Part shown: positions 37,414 through 54,090 of the stretch, piece after piece | Layout of the letters: every line of letters begins with the position of its first letter | Position numbering within the stretch: the first letter of the stretch is position 1 | Assembly (NCBI GenBank): GCA_009914755.4 | Contig: CP068257.2 | Span: forward strand, 41,504,001-41,568,000 | DNA from: the human T2T-CHM13v2.0 reference genome, Homo sapiens | Reading direction: 5' to 3' | DNA length: 64,000 bases | The notes under the pieces: generated by a model | The model's database searches: none | Told to the model about the DNA's origin: nothing | The model's input: the letters and a program-made list of their open reading frames with translations, nothing else | Program-made: the position numbers and the translations under genes

Positions 37414-38377
37414 TTAAATATATGTAACATAAAGGTTGCCATTTTAACCATTTCCAAGTGTACAGTTCTGTGGCATTAAGTACATTCACACCGTTTGCGA
37501 CCATCACCGCCACGTCACGGTCAGTTTATGTTATCTTGATTAGGTGCCAGTCCCCAGGGACTCAAACATGAGGCAAAGTGTTGCTGTGAAGGTGTTTTGT
37601 GCGTGCGATTAACATCTACAATCCGTCCACCTTGAGTAAAGGAGGTGATCCTGAATGACATGGGTGGGCCTTGTTCAAACAGTCAAAGGCCTGAAGAGCA
37701 AAAATGAGGTTTCCTGAGAAGAAGAAATTCTGCCTCAAAACTGCAACTCCAATTCCTTCCTGAGTTTTCAGCCTGCTGGCTCATCTATCAATGTTGGATT
37801 TGCCAGCCACCACTATTGATATCGATATCTATATGTATTTCTTAATATCTATATTTATATATCTTATTGGCTCTGTTCCTCCCTGCCTGTCACACAGTCT
37901 GTCTGCTTGCCAGTCTCTCCTATGGGAATGTAGCCCCCTGAAGTCAGGAACTGTCTTTTTTATAGCTGTATCCAGTCAGCTAGTGTGGCACACAGTAGGT
38001 GCTTAATAAAAACATAGCTACTTTCTAATTGCTCTGGCGCTCACATGGAAGTGGCTTGAACAGTAGACGCATGGGAGAGAGCTGTTCCTGGCATCCTGAT
38101 GGCCTGGTGTGCATCTCGGGTAATTCATACAGTATCTTACGTTTGCCCTCTCCTTATTAATGTCACCCAGCCCTACCTATTCTAGGCAGCTGCGTTCACT
38201 CTGGTGAAGGGGATAAGTTCTCTGGGAACCTTCATTTGCTGAGTCAGTGTGGCCACCTAGGGTTTCTGCTTGGATGTGTTCCTGACACATCCGCCCCGGT
38301 CTCCAGCCCTGGGTGGACAGCTCTGCGTAAGTGTTCCCATTGCTCCTAGGAATTCGCTCTAGTCTCAGACCCAACAC

Positions 38378-38420
38378 ATTCATCCATCCATCCATCCATC
38401 CATCCATCCATCCATCCATT
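38378..38420. repeat. (ATCC)n tetranucleotide microsatellite
   Basis: catccatccatccatccatccatccatccatccatccatt; the minus-strand ORF reads [13 protein letters not shown]. Confidence 0.9.
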
Positions 38421-39889
38421 CAACAATCTGTGTTCAATGCCTCTTCCCATTTAGCACTGGGGATACAGTGGTGAACAAAAGAGATGACAATTCCTGCCCT
38501 CATGGAGCTTACCTTCTAGTAGAGAAGGCAGACCATACACAAGATAAATAAGGGGACTATACTGAATGTTAGAGAATAACGTGTGTTCAGGAGGAAAAGA
38601 ACTGCCAGAGGAGAGGAGGGCGTGAGATGTGTGGAAGTCCTCATGCATTGGTCAGCTCTTGTTATGGTAATGCTACATAACAAACACCCCTAAGTTCCAG
38701 TGGCTTCCACCCATTCTCTTGGGTCTATGGTTTGCTTGGGTGGTTCTGCCTCAGGCATTGGGTTGGGTTAGGGCCACTCCATGTGTTACCCTTCTGAGGT
38801 TCAGACAGAGGGAACAGCGTCTATGTGGGCACAGCCTTCTCATGGCGCAGGGCTCAACCATGCACGCACATTGAATGCCTTCAGCCGGACATGGCCAAAG
38901 TTATGTCTGCTCACACTCCATTGCCCAAAGCAAGTCACAAGTCGCAACAAGTCAGAAGGCTGGGGACACACACTCTGCCCATAGCGAGCCATGGCAGAGT
39001 CACTCACAAGGTGGGCGCTGTGGTTCGAATGCTTCTCTCAAGAAGCATGTGTTGGAAACTTATTCCCCAAGGCCACAGTGTTGGGAGGCGGGCCTAATGG
39101 GAGGTGATTCGGCCCTGGGGTGACTAGGCGAGAGGCGGGGCCCTCATGAATGGATGAATGCTATAATCGCTAGAATACGTTTGTTATCGTGAATCTGGGC
39201 TCCTTACGAAAGGGTGCGTTGGGTCCCCCCTCTCTTTGCTCTTCCACCTGCTGCTGCGGGATGACACAGCAGGAAGTCCCACCTGCCAACTTCTCAGCCT
39301 CCAGAACTGGGAGGAAATAAAGTTCTGTTCTTTATAAAGTGTGTAGTCTGCGGTATTCTGTTATAGCAGCACAAAATGGATTACGACAGCGGGTTTTCGG
39401 TACAGACCTCAAGGAAATTAGTGCACCAGCCATGCAGAGAACTGCAGGAAGAGCTCTCTGAGGTGGGAACAGGCCATGCAAAGGCCCTGAGGTAGGAGGG
39501 CACATGCGCCTCGGAGAACCCCAAGGGGCCAGCATGGTAGGAGCATTGGGAACAAGGGGAGGCTGGGGCTAGGTCTGTAAGGCACTGCGGGTCACCGTAA
39601 AGAATTTGACTTTTCCCCTGGGTAAGAAGGGAAATCAGGCAAGATGTGGAGTCCAGGAGGGGCCTGATGCAATCCTCGTTTTAGGAATTGCCCCAGCTGC
39701 TGGGTGGAGAATAGACTTGGAGGCAAAGCCATAAATGGGAACCCAGGGAGGCACGAACGGCAACCATCCAGGCAGAGGACAGTGCTGTCTTGGATCGAGG
39801 TGGTGGGGTGGTGAGGAATGGGTAAAGTCTGGACAGTTTTTGCAGGTAGAGGTGACAGAATTTGCTGATAAATCAGGGATGGGGCGTGT

Positions 39890-40215
39890 CTCAGTCCGCT
39901 TGGGCTGCCGTACAAGATACCACAGACTGAGTGATTTAAATAACAGAAATTTATTATCTCAGTTCTAGAGGCTGGAAGTCTGAGATGAAAGTGTCAGAAG
40001 GGCTGGCTCTTCCTGAGGCCTCTCTCTGTGGTTTGCGGACAGCCACCTTCTCCCTGTGTCCTCACAGGGCCTTTCCTCTGGGCACACACATCCCTGGTGT
40101 CTCTTTCTCTTTTCTTATAAGGACGCCAGTCCTATTGGATTAGAGCCCCCTGCTTATGACCTAATGTAATGTTGATTACCTCCTCCTATCTCCAAATACA
40201 GTCACACTGGGGTTA
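39890..40215 (+). mobile_element. old interspersed repeat, same family as 24200/30125/50040
   Basis: taccacagactgagtgatttaaataacagaaatttattatctcagttctagaggctggaagtctgagatgaaagtgtcag...tcttataaggacgccagtcctattggattagagccccctgcttatgacctaatgtaatgttgattacctcctcctatctccaaatacagtcacactggggttagggct. Confidence 0.55.
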
Positions 40216-40217
40216 GG

Positions 40218-40345
40218 GCTGTAGTAACTCTTGCCTGTAATCCCAGCTACTAGGGAGGCCCAGGCACGAGGATCACTTCAGCCCAGGAGTTCAAGTCTAG
40301 CCTGGGCAACATAGTGAGAGGCCGTTTCCTAAAAAAAAAAAAAGG
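40218..40345 (+). mobile_element. Alu fragment (right arm)
   Basis: gtaactcttgcctgtaatcccagctactagggaggcccaggcacgaggatcacttcagcccaggagttcaagtctagcctgggcaacatagtgagaggccgtttcctaaaaaaaaaaaaag. Confidence 0.75.
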
Positions 40346-40364
40346 GTTTTTTCGTTTTTGTTTT

Positions 40365-40678
<314 letters not shown>

Positions 40679-40699
40679 TGATAGCTGGGGTAAGAAAGG

Positions 40700-41350
40700 C
40701 CGTGGGAACAGCCGGTTTCAGACACGCTGGGTCTAAGACGCTGCGTCTGGCGCTGCTCGGCATCCAATGGGAGCCGTGGAGAAGCCAGGCGAGTGCGTAG
40801 GGCGGAGCCAGCGCACAGGAAATAGGACGTGATGAGGTCAACCGGCTGGTCCAAGTGTGGACGGAAGTAGAGGATGCAAGCACCGAGCCCCGGGGCCCCC
40901 AGCATTGGCGGGGAGGAGCTCGCGGTGCGGGAGAAGCAGGGGACCGCGCATCCTGGAGACCAGGTGGAGCCAGTGCGCCCGGAAGGGGCGTGGCCCGCTG
41001 ACAGCCGCCCAGGAGGCCGGGGGAGGCCTGGAGCCGAGGGCCGCGCGTGGCAATGTGGAGAGACATTTTGGTGGAGTCATGGGGCCACAGCCTGATTGGT
41101 GAGAACAGGAAGGGAAATTGCAGATGGGCCTGGGCCCCCTGGCTCCCGCATACTCCAGGACCAGGGCTGAGTCATCGTTCACCGTGTGTGACCAGGGCCC
41201 CGTGTGGCCGGCTGTCACTCGGTATCCAGTTACCCTGGGCAGACCACTGGCGGCACCCCCCAGCCAGAGGCCGCAGCAACACACACGCCTGCAGGCGACC
41301 AGGCCGGACTGCATGCCCCGTGGGGGAACTGAGGGCGTTTCAGTAACAGA
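40700..41350. promoter_or_regulatory. non-repeat CpG-rich island-like block (candidate promoter of an unannotated or non-coding transcript)
   Basis: dense CpG: gcgtctggcgctgctcggcatccaatgggagccgtggag...cgagccccggggcccccagcattggcggggaggagctcgcggtgcgggag...gaccgcgcatcc...gccgggggaggcctggagccgagggccgcgcgtggc. The overlapping ORFs on both strands (40638-41066, 40838-41314, etc.) are typical of GC-rich DNA. Confidence 0.4.
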
Positions 41351-41792
41351 GTGTTAGGGGACACGGGTTGGGTGGCTTGGAAAGGGCCTAAGGTGGGGTT
41401 TGTTTTAGATTGGGGTGGTGAGGGCGCAGGGGCCCGGTAGGATTCTCTAACAGGGCAGCAGCCACTCATTTAGCAACAGGAGAGGCGTCCAGCGTTTCGT
41501 GGGCTGTGCGGTGACCTTGCTTTTGTGCTTAGACACGATTACGGGTGGCCTTGCTTCATCTCCTTCTGCCATGGTCTCGTGGCCCCTGTCTCAGCTGGCG
41601 TTCCGGGAGGTTGTTTACGTCCAGGAGGAAAGCAAAAGCCTGGCCCTGAGCATCAGGGTGGCTCTGGACGCCAGGGCTGTACTGTGTTCTTTCTCGACAC
41701 GAATGAGTTTCTGGACAGTTTTCCCGGCTAGTGCAGACCCACACTGACTGAAAACCGAAATCTTTGCACATGAGAAAAATAACTCCCATGGC

Positions 41793-41932
41793 AAGGCGTG
41801 GCGGCTCACACCTGTAATCTCAGTGCTTTGGGAGGCCAAGGCAGGAAGATCGCTTGAGGCCAGGAGTTCGAGGCCAGCCTGGGCAACATAAGGATACCCT
41901 GTCTGTACAAAAATAACAGATTAAAAAAAAAA
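41793..41932 (+). mobile_element. free left Alu monomer (FLAM-like)
   Basis: ggcaaggcgtggcggctcacacctgtaatctcagtgctttgggaggccaaggcaggaagatcgcttgaggccaggagttcgaggccagcctgggcaacataaggataccctgtctgtacaaaaataacagattaaaaaaaaaaa. Confidence 0.8.
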
Positions 41933-44135
41933 AACAAAATAACACCCATGGTGCAGCCATTTCTTGGGGGGTTATGGTAATTTTAGTAGCAATCATCTAA
42001 GAAGAGGTTTTGTTTCCTCAACCCGAATGCGCTCCCTTTCCTCAAGGCTCTGAGAGCAGCAGGAAGGCTCACCTTCCTTGTTTAGTGAGGTGTTAACCTT
42101 CCTGGGTTCACCCCGGTGCAACGGTTTGTGTCATGCATCAACTTGGCTGGGCCACGGCGCCCGGTTTGGTCAAACGCCCATCTGGATGTTGTCGTGGACA
42201 GCTGTGTAGATGTGATTCGTATTTAGGTCAGTAGACTTTTAAAGCTGGTGACCTTCCGTCGTGTGGGTGGGTCTTGTCCGGTCAGCCAGAGGCCTTAAGT
42301 TCAAAGACTAAGCTTTCCTGAAGAAGAAGGAATTGCACCTCCCTCAAGACTGCAATACAGAAACCCTGCCTGGGTATCCAGCATGCCGCCCTGCAGAACT
42401 TGGACTTGAGACCTCAGTCAGCTCTTGCCTGAGTCTCCAGCCTGCCGCCTGCCCTGCAGATTTTGGAAGTGACAACCCCCACAATTGCCCGAGCCAATTT
42501 CTTCAAATAAATCTCTTTCCCTCCATCCATCCATTCATCCTTCTGTCCACCTATCCTATCGGCTCTGTTCTGTGGGTTCTGTTCCTCTGGGAACCCTGAC
42601 AGATGCCCCTGGTTTGGTGGGTGTCATGGTCTCTGGTGCTGGTGCTACACCCTGTTGCTGCCCTGGCCAGAAGCCTGCAGGTGCCTCTGAGCCCACGGAA
42701 GCTAAGGGGGCCGTTTCCAAGGGGCCGCATTCCCCGCCTCTCTGCTCTTGGGGCTTCGGTCCATTCGGCCCGCGTGAGAGCTAGGAGTGCCACAGTCGAC
42801 ATCCTCAGTGGGATTGGTACCAGTTGCCTACACCAGCAACCCTCTCATGGAGGAGCCTTCGGTGGCTTTGCTCCTTACCCCACCTCCTGCCCCCTCACTC
42901 ACTCCTGCTTCCCAGGTCACCTTCCAAAGGCCCCACACCTGCCTTCTCCTCTCCATCCCCCGAGGTGGGGAGCCAACACCCCCCCAGCAGCCCACCTCCC
43001 TGCTTTCCCTTGGAAGCACTGCTCTCCAGGTGTCCACAGGCAGCAGGGGTTGGGGGGCTCCTTAGCGCCTTCGCCTTGACCAGGCACGTGGAGTCATGGA
43101 TCCAGATCCTGGCTCTGAGAGCGCCTGCTTCTGACTGCAGGCCTGGCCGACCCGTGTCATTGCCCCTCGAGGCAGGGCGGAACCTCTGGGTGGGGAAAGG
43201 TGGGCCGTGCTGCTCAGGAACCAAAGGCAAACCAGCCTTGTCCTCACGCCCAGAGCTGTGTCCAGCCTCCTCGGCGAGCCTGGGTTGATTCCAGGAGAGA
43301 CTAAGCACCCACTGTGTCCCACGCCTTCAGCCACGTCGCCCGTCACCTGCGGCCTGAGTGTTCCCTTCCAGAGGGCGTGAAAAACAATTGTCTGCTGAGA
43401 GGTCTTTGAAGGGGAAACAAGTGCCCGGGGCAGGCCAGGACCGCAGACTGGATCTTGAGGACTGGCAGCGCAGTGTTTTGTGCAGAAAAGCTAAGGGAGA
43501 TGTTACGTGCTCAGACCACACGAAGCGGGCAGCATCGTGGCGGGCTTAGCCCGGGCACTGCCTCTCGAAGCTTCCAGGAGCTTCCTGTAACTTTCCGGAT
43601 GGTGCCGCAGCTGCTTCCCCGGCACCCGGGTCGCCGGGGTTCTGACTGCAGAGGGTTTCTGTGCGGGGTGCGGGGTCCACTCAGGTGAAGCACTCAGGAC
43701 ACCCCTGGTGTGGTGACAGCAGCAGCGTCACTGTCACGGGTGATGCGGCAACAGCTCCTCTCCCTCCTCCAGCACTGGCCTAGGAACTGTTCATTCTTCT
43801 GAACACAGCGAATGCCCAGGGCTTGAGCCCCCCTTGCCTGCCTCCAGTCATTTCTGGGTCAGGTGGGCTAAGAACAAACACACAGTGAGTGTCGAGTCTT
43901 GCCCGGTGACTGACTGCAGAAGCCTCTGTGTGGCTTCGCTCCCGGATGTCTGAAGGCCCCTCCCTGGGCTGCACGGCGGCTCCTGCGGGGCACTGCGGGA
44001 AGAGCCCCAGCTCTCCAGCTAAACCTGTGGGATGCGGCCATGGTGAGAAAAGGAAACGACCATCTTCACGCTGACACTGAGCAAAGAAAAGATAAAACTC
44101 ATAGCAAATTTACCATGTTAGATTTACAAACGTTA

Positions 44136-45290
<1,155 letters not shown>

Positions 45291-46895
45291 CAAGCCTGGG
45301 CTGGGGTGCCCCCACCCATCCTGGTGAGAGCCTCGGGCTGAGCTGCCTTGATCCCAAGGGTTCTGCTTCCCCATGGTTCCCCGAAGGGCCCAGAAAGACA
45401 CGTCAGAAAGTTGGGGACGGGGTGAGGGAGGCCATCATCCTTTGGAGCAGATTTGGCCACCTGGAGATGAGAAGAGCCAGTTCTGCAAAGTACCCTCCCT
45501 CCCTTCCTCACCTCCCTTTCACTTCCCTGGGGTGGTACCTCCCAACAAAACATCTGCACCTAGACGCTCCCCAGGCCCCCTCTTCTTGGAAACCTGGGCT
45601 AAGACAGTAACTAAGCTGGGTTGGTTCCAATCATGTGAGATTGGTTTAGCATTAGACAACTGATTCATAAAGTTCTTTGTATTAACATATCAAAAGAGGA
45701 AAAGACGTATGACCTTTTCAGGAACGCAGAAGCAATTTCAGAAAAAATGATACCTACGTAACAACCAGAGCAGTGAGCAGATTCTTTTTAGGTCATGATG
45801 CAAACACATCAACTGTAAAAGAACATATTTGAGACAATCAGGGTTATCTGATGAGGGACTAGGTTTTAGATGACATCGAGAAATTGTTAGGAATCCTGTC
45901 AAACGTGAGAGGGAATTTGCGCTTATAGAAAGAAATGTTCGATTTGTAGGAGAGGTACCTGAAGTGCGCGGGGGTGAAATGACGTGGCGTCTGTGCTTTG
46001 CTTTAAAATACTCCAGTAAAGAAAAAAACCAAGAGAAGCGGGAAGCAGGGCAAAATCCTCCTAATTGTTGGATCTGGCTGAGGAGTATGTGAAGGGCTCA
46101 TTGTTCCATGGTCTCTACTTTTGAGACTGTGTAAAAATTTTCATGATAAAAATAAACTCAATGAAGTAGCATTTGCCGCCACCGTAAAAGTAATACCCCG
46201 TGATGGGCGCACCAGGTGCTGGCCCGCAGGGGGAGGGCGGGACGTCACTGGCTCTGTCCCCGTCACCCATGACCTGCACGTCCTGGCAGTGGTGAGCGCC
46301 CAGTGTGTGCTGTGGGACAGAATTATCTCTAAACCCCCGAAAGAGGATCCTCTCCCCAACTTAACTCCAGCCTCGGAGGGCCTCGGGGGTCTATGGCACA
46401 CTCTCCCTGCTGGCTTTGTTCTGGAAAGGGCTGGCGGGACATGACCGGCCCCACGTTGCACTCTGAGGGCAGCTCGGGGGTCTGCAGGGGACCATCCTGT
46501 GTAACCTGCTGACCTCGAGGAGAAGCAGGGCGAGGGCTTAGCTCAGGCACATTCCCCGCTGAGCCACAACAATGCCCCATCCGCCCTACACAGGCGGATT
46601 TGTGTGTGAGCCCCGCGGGGCCCTGGAGTGGAAAATTGCAGCGCCAGCCTTTGTGGGGCAGACTGCTGGCGTTACGGGAATCCTGTAGATGAAGTGAATG
46701 TGGCCTTTGTGTGAGGGGCTGGCATTGAGCTCGGGTGCAGTGGGGCGGCAAATCGCTGAGGACAGGCTTAAGCTGGGCCGCGGAAACAATGCCGGGGAGC
46801 CACGGAGGAGCCATCGCAGAGGCCGGGAAAAACCTCCCGACAGGGCTCGATCTGTAGAGATATTTGAGAAAAATGATCTCCGAGACAGTGGCTTA

Positions 46896-47762
46896 CACAC
46901 CCCCACGCATACACACCACGGACACACACCACACACATCACACACACACCATACACTATAGATGTACCACACACACACCCCACCACCTATACAACACACA
47001 CCACACACACCACACACACACCATACACTATAGATGTACCACACATACACACCCCACACCACCTATACAACACACACCACACACACCACAGACACACACC
47101 ACAGATATACCACACACACACCAGATACACAACATACACATCACACACACCACACAGACACACACCACAGATACTCCACACTGCACACACATCATACACC
47201 ACACACACACCACACACACATCACACACATCACACACACATCACACACATCGCACACCACACGCACCACAGAAACATCACACACCACACATATACCACAC
47301 ACCCCACATTCCACACACCCCACACATCACATAAACACCACACACACACCACTCACATCACACACCACATATACCACACACATCACATATACAACACACA
47401 CCACACACACACCCCACACATCACATATACAACACACACAGCACATACCAGACACATCACACACACACACACCACACACACTATACACGGTACATTGTAC
47501 ACCACACACCACACACACATCACACACACGTCACAGAAACCCCACACACCACACATATACCACACACACACACCACACACGTCACAGACACACCACACAC
47601 ACCACACCCATCACAGAAACCCCACACACCACACGTATACCACACACACACCACACACGTCACAGAAACCCCACACACCACACACACATCACACACCACA
47701 TATCCAACACACACCCCCCACACACCACACATATCAAATATACACCACACCCCCACACACGC
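46896..47762. repeat. CA-rich complex minisatellite/VNTR (~0.87 kb); the + strand is almost G-free
   Basis: degenerate (CACACACCA / CACAC / ACATCACACA)n with a ~73-bp higher-order unit, accatacactatagatgtaccacacacacaccccaccacctatacaacacacaccacacacaccacacacac, repeated at 46938 and 47011. The ORFs over it (HTHH..., CVWCV...) are repeat translations. Confidence 0.9.
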
Positions 47763-48677
47763 TCCCAGACCAGTTGGAGCCCTGCCCTCGCACCCCAGAT
47801 CCCGCACATCTGTCCCTCTGTTCCCTTGGCCTCCCACCCCTTCTCCACCCTCAGGAGCCCCATGCAGCCCACACTGGGTCCTGCCCAGCCCCTGGGCCGG
47901 AGGGGATGGTCCCCCTGCGCCGTCCCCAGCGCTGCCCACCCTGCAGAACGTCCTCAGGCGGCCGGGCTCCACACCTGCGACAGGCCCGAGGCCCCGGCTG
48001 CAGGCCCCACTCGGCTGCAGTTCCCGTCGAGGCAGCCAATGGCCTTGAGGCCTCTCCCAGGTGGGACGGCCCCTGCGAGGGCTGGTGGGCACAGGGGCCA
48101 GCCCTGCCCCATGGCCTTGCTCAGCTGTGGGAGGCGTGCCTTTTCTTTCTCTGATCTCTGTGAAACTCTTACTTTTTCTTCCCCGGGGCGGGGGGGTGAG
48201 GGTCGGGCCTGTGGTGGCACTGCGCTGAGCCAGGCATGCTGGGCTGGCGTCTCCCTTGCTGGGGCGCAGATGGCCTAGGTGGGGCCCGTGTGGAAGCTGC
48301 GTCCATCTGACTCTGCCGCCTGTGCGGTCTCTGCATCTGTGAGGGGGGACCCAGCAGCAGTGGCCCAGGGTGGGGCTGGGACTGAGGGTCAGGCCGGATG
48401 GAGCTGTGCGGCGGCACCTGGCCCACATTCTCCCTGCGGCCACCAAGACCCCAGGTGGGCACTGGCACCTTGGGCTATGCCCAGGTCCCCACCCTCAGCC
48501 TTCTCTGGAAGCTGCTGGCTCTGTGGTGACCCCCTCCCGCACCCCCTTAACCCAAGGCGGGTCCTTTGGGGCCCACTGGGTGCTCTGGCTGGGTCTGCCC
48601 TGGGCTGGTCACTCTCGCCAGGGTCTCGGTCCAGGGCACAGGCAGGAGTGACGGTTACTCTCCAGGAGGCCGGGAGA

Positions 48678-48785
48678 ACCAAGAGACATCCAATGAGGAA
48701 GGGCTGCCCATGCTTAAAGATGTCCAGTGAGGAAGGGCCACCCGTGCCCAGGGACATCCAGTGAGGAAGGGCTGCCTGTGCCCAG
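48678..48785. repeat. 3-copy ~36-39-bp tandem repeat
   Basis: gacatccaatgaggaagggctgcccatgc / gatgtccagtgaggaagggccacccgtgcccagg / gacatccagtgaggaagggctgcctgtgcccagg. Confidence 0.7.
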
Positions 48786-50039
48786 GGTGATCATGTTTGC
48801 ACAGACCCCGGTGTGCCTGCGGGGCTGAGCTGTTTGCCTACCCCCATGCCCTCCCCAGGTGGCAGGCTACAAGACCAGCCTTGTTCTTGCCCTTCCCAGC
48901 CCTGGCCTGGGAGTCAGACACTTGACTCGTAGCCTTGACTTCCGTGCCAGGCTGCCTGGAGAGGCCAGCCTCTTCCCGGAGGGGTCCTTGGGGCCTACTG
49001 GGCAGACCTCTCTCTCCACGGCCCTTCCTGTCCCTAGGCGGACCTTTCCCTGACCCAGCTCACACCAGCCTGGGGCCTGTGTGCTGGGGCCGGGCTCCTG
49101 CAGGCTGTCCCGGGCAGGCGCCAGGGGGCCCTGTGCCACTGGGCGGTGGTGTGGGAGGCACAGGAAGAAGCTTACCTCACCCTTCAGACATCCTGGGGGG
49201 TACCCTTGTTTCCTATATCATTTCAACCTTGGGGTCCCAGCATTGCTGGCGACGAGGCCGGCTGCAGGTTTTGGCTCAGAGGCAGACTGAGGGCAGCGCC
49301 AAAGGGCTCCAGGCCTCCCGAAACAGCCTCGGTCTGCTCACACTTGGAGGGCTGTCAGAGGCCACTGGACGCCAGCAAGAAGGTTGAGGAGCCCCAGGCC
49401 GGCGGTGCCCCCAGGGTATCTGACACCAGAGTGAGTCACAGTTTTGAATATTCCATCCTCCATACCGCAAAATTATTTTCAGGATAGTTATGTAATAATC
49501 ACGGATAATCATGATTTTCTTGATTCATTCTTTAAAGCAATTAACAGAAAAAGAATGCATTTCAATGTTAAAGATATTCAAATTCAGTGACTTCTTTCAT
49601 GCATGAGCTAACATCTCAGCTTCAGCACCACATCTCCGTTTTCGCTCTGGTTTCACAGTCTCACATTTGAAACACAGAATAAAAACACCAAGAGGTCATG
49701 CAGAATGACAGAACTGAAATACTTCCAGCTCGGTTTCTTTGTGAGTGCTGTTGTTGTTATGTGAAATTTCTCGTTTAAGCACAGAAATATGTTGAACCAC
49801 GGGCTGGAGATGAGAACCCCTCCCCCAGTGCACCTGCACCCGCCCTTCAAAGCCGCTCCAAGCCAATGCAGGTGGCTGCGTCTGCAGTGTCGGGAGTGGC
49901 CCCATGACTGGAAGTTCACTGGAAAATTTCCACTCAGTAAATGTTTAGAACAAGAAATAAAACTGTGCTAATGTGAAGATTACAGAAATATAGTCTATCC
50001 TCATGACTCATGCATTCCAGATTTGGGAATTCCCTGTGA

Positions 50040-50660
<621 letters not shown>

Positions 50661-50717
50661 ACTCTGAGGTCCTGGGGTTAGTACTTCAACACAGGAATTT
50701 TTTGGGAACTCAGTTCA

Positions 50718-50890
<173 letters not shown>

Positions 50891-51287
50891 AAATTTATTT
50901 GTGACCCCAAATCAATAATTGCAGAGTTTTCCTGGTCATTCACAGATGTGTAGAGAGTGCCGAGACATTTGTCTCCTTACACATATTCCTGGGTGAGGTT
51001 GAACAAGGCAGCACTATGCCCTCTTGTTTCAGCCTCAGGCGGTCAACCAGTATCCTTTTTGAGGTCTATTTAGTGCCATGATTTTTGCATTTCGTGTGTT
51101 TTGTTTGTGATTTTGCTTTTTAAAACGTCCCCAAGCCCAGTGCTGAAGAGCTGTGTGCTTGGAGGCATTTTTAAGTAAGTGGATTAAGCACTTCAGTTAA
51201 AATGCAGAAATTGTCCAAACAGATTAAAAACATTATCTAATTATATGCTGTCTACAAGAGACACTTTAGATTCAAAGACACAAATAG

Positions 51288-51893
<606 letters not shown>

Positions 51894-53088
51894 TCATAAG
51901 ACAAATGATGCATTGCTCAGCTGATGAGAACATTGGGGCCAGAGGCTCGCAGGACCCTAAGCCTGTGTCTCCCCTGGGAGCCATGGTTCAGCAGTCCAGG
52001 CATCACTAATTCAGTGCTCACAGCAGCTTTATAGAACACCCCTACCTCTAGAAACAACTGCTATGAATGCAGCAATTGCTAGAACTTAGCCCAGCAAAAG
52101 GGGATTTTGTGCTGACATGATTTGCATGGACAGTGGCTGGGAATCAGGAAAAGAACACTGACTTGTCTTTGGTTTCATTCTGGTTTTTCATTTTCCGCAG
52201 ACATCATATCCCTCAGTGCACTGGCTGTCACCTCCCCCTGCCCGCCACCTGCACACTGTGGCTTTGAGGCAGCATCTTCAACACAAATTTCAGGAGGAGC
52301 CCAGGTCCAGAGCAAAAGGGTCTTGTTTCCCCAGAATCCAGGCGAATGGCGCAGGGCTCTGGCAGGCGGATGCACTGACCTCAGCGTGCATTTACTTGTT
52401 TGTTGCTTGTCTCTACCCAAGAGAATATCAGCTCCAGAAAAGCAGGGACTTTGTTTAACACAGCGTTAAGAGACAGGACTCGACCAGTGTGGATCAATTA
52501 AGTGAGGATGTTTGCACAGCAGGCTCCGGGCCAGCGAGTGGGGGTTAAGGCTCCTGAAAGTAGCCGGCTTTGAGATGTGGTGGGGGTGATCCTGAATTAT
52601 CCAGGTGGGCTGAGAGCGTAATTGCCAGGTGGATGTGATGGGAGAGACCTCACCGCCCACCACTGCCTTTGAAGGTGGAGGAGGGGCCACGAGCCAAGAA
52701 AGGCAGGTGCCTTGAGATGCCAGAGAAGGCAAGAAACAGACTCCCCTGAGCCTCCAGCAGGAGCCAGCCCTGCCAGTGTCTTGCTTTAAGTTGAATGAGA
52801 CACATTTCAGACTTGTGGCCTCCAGAACTGTGAGAGAAGACGTTTGTGTTGTTTTAAGCCACTAAGTCTGTGATTGGTACATCAGCCACAAGACACTAAT
52901 ACAACACCTAAACTCGGGGTTTGAAAAGGCCCCTAGGGCCCTAGAGCCCTCCCTGCCCCCGGTCCAGGCCTTCCTGCTTCTGTTGTGCAGACTCAGGCGC
53001 TGGCTCACTCAGAAGCCCCCTGCAGGCCCGGCCAATCCTGTGGCAGAGCCTCGACGTCCCACGGCGGCCTCTGAGCCGCCAGGCCCTA

Positions 53089-54090
<1,002 letters not shown>

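Noticed and set aside
46586-48446. ORFs of 158-414 aa over 46.6-48.4 kb (HTHHTHT..., CVWCVCDVCGV..., 308-aa 47520-48446)
   Set aside because: They are CA/TG minisatellite translations plus a GC-rich stop-poor flank. Overlapping ORFs in several frames on both strands are the hallmark of non-coding low-complexity or GC-rich DNA
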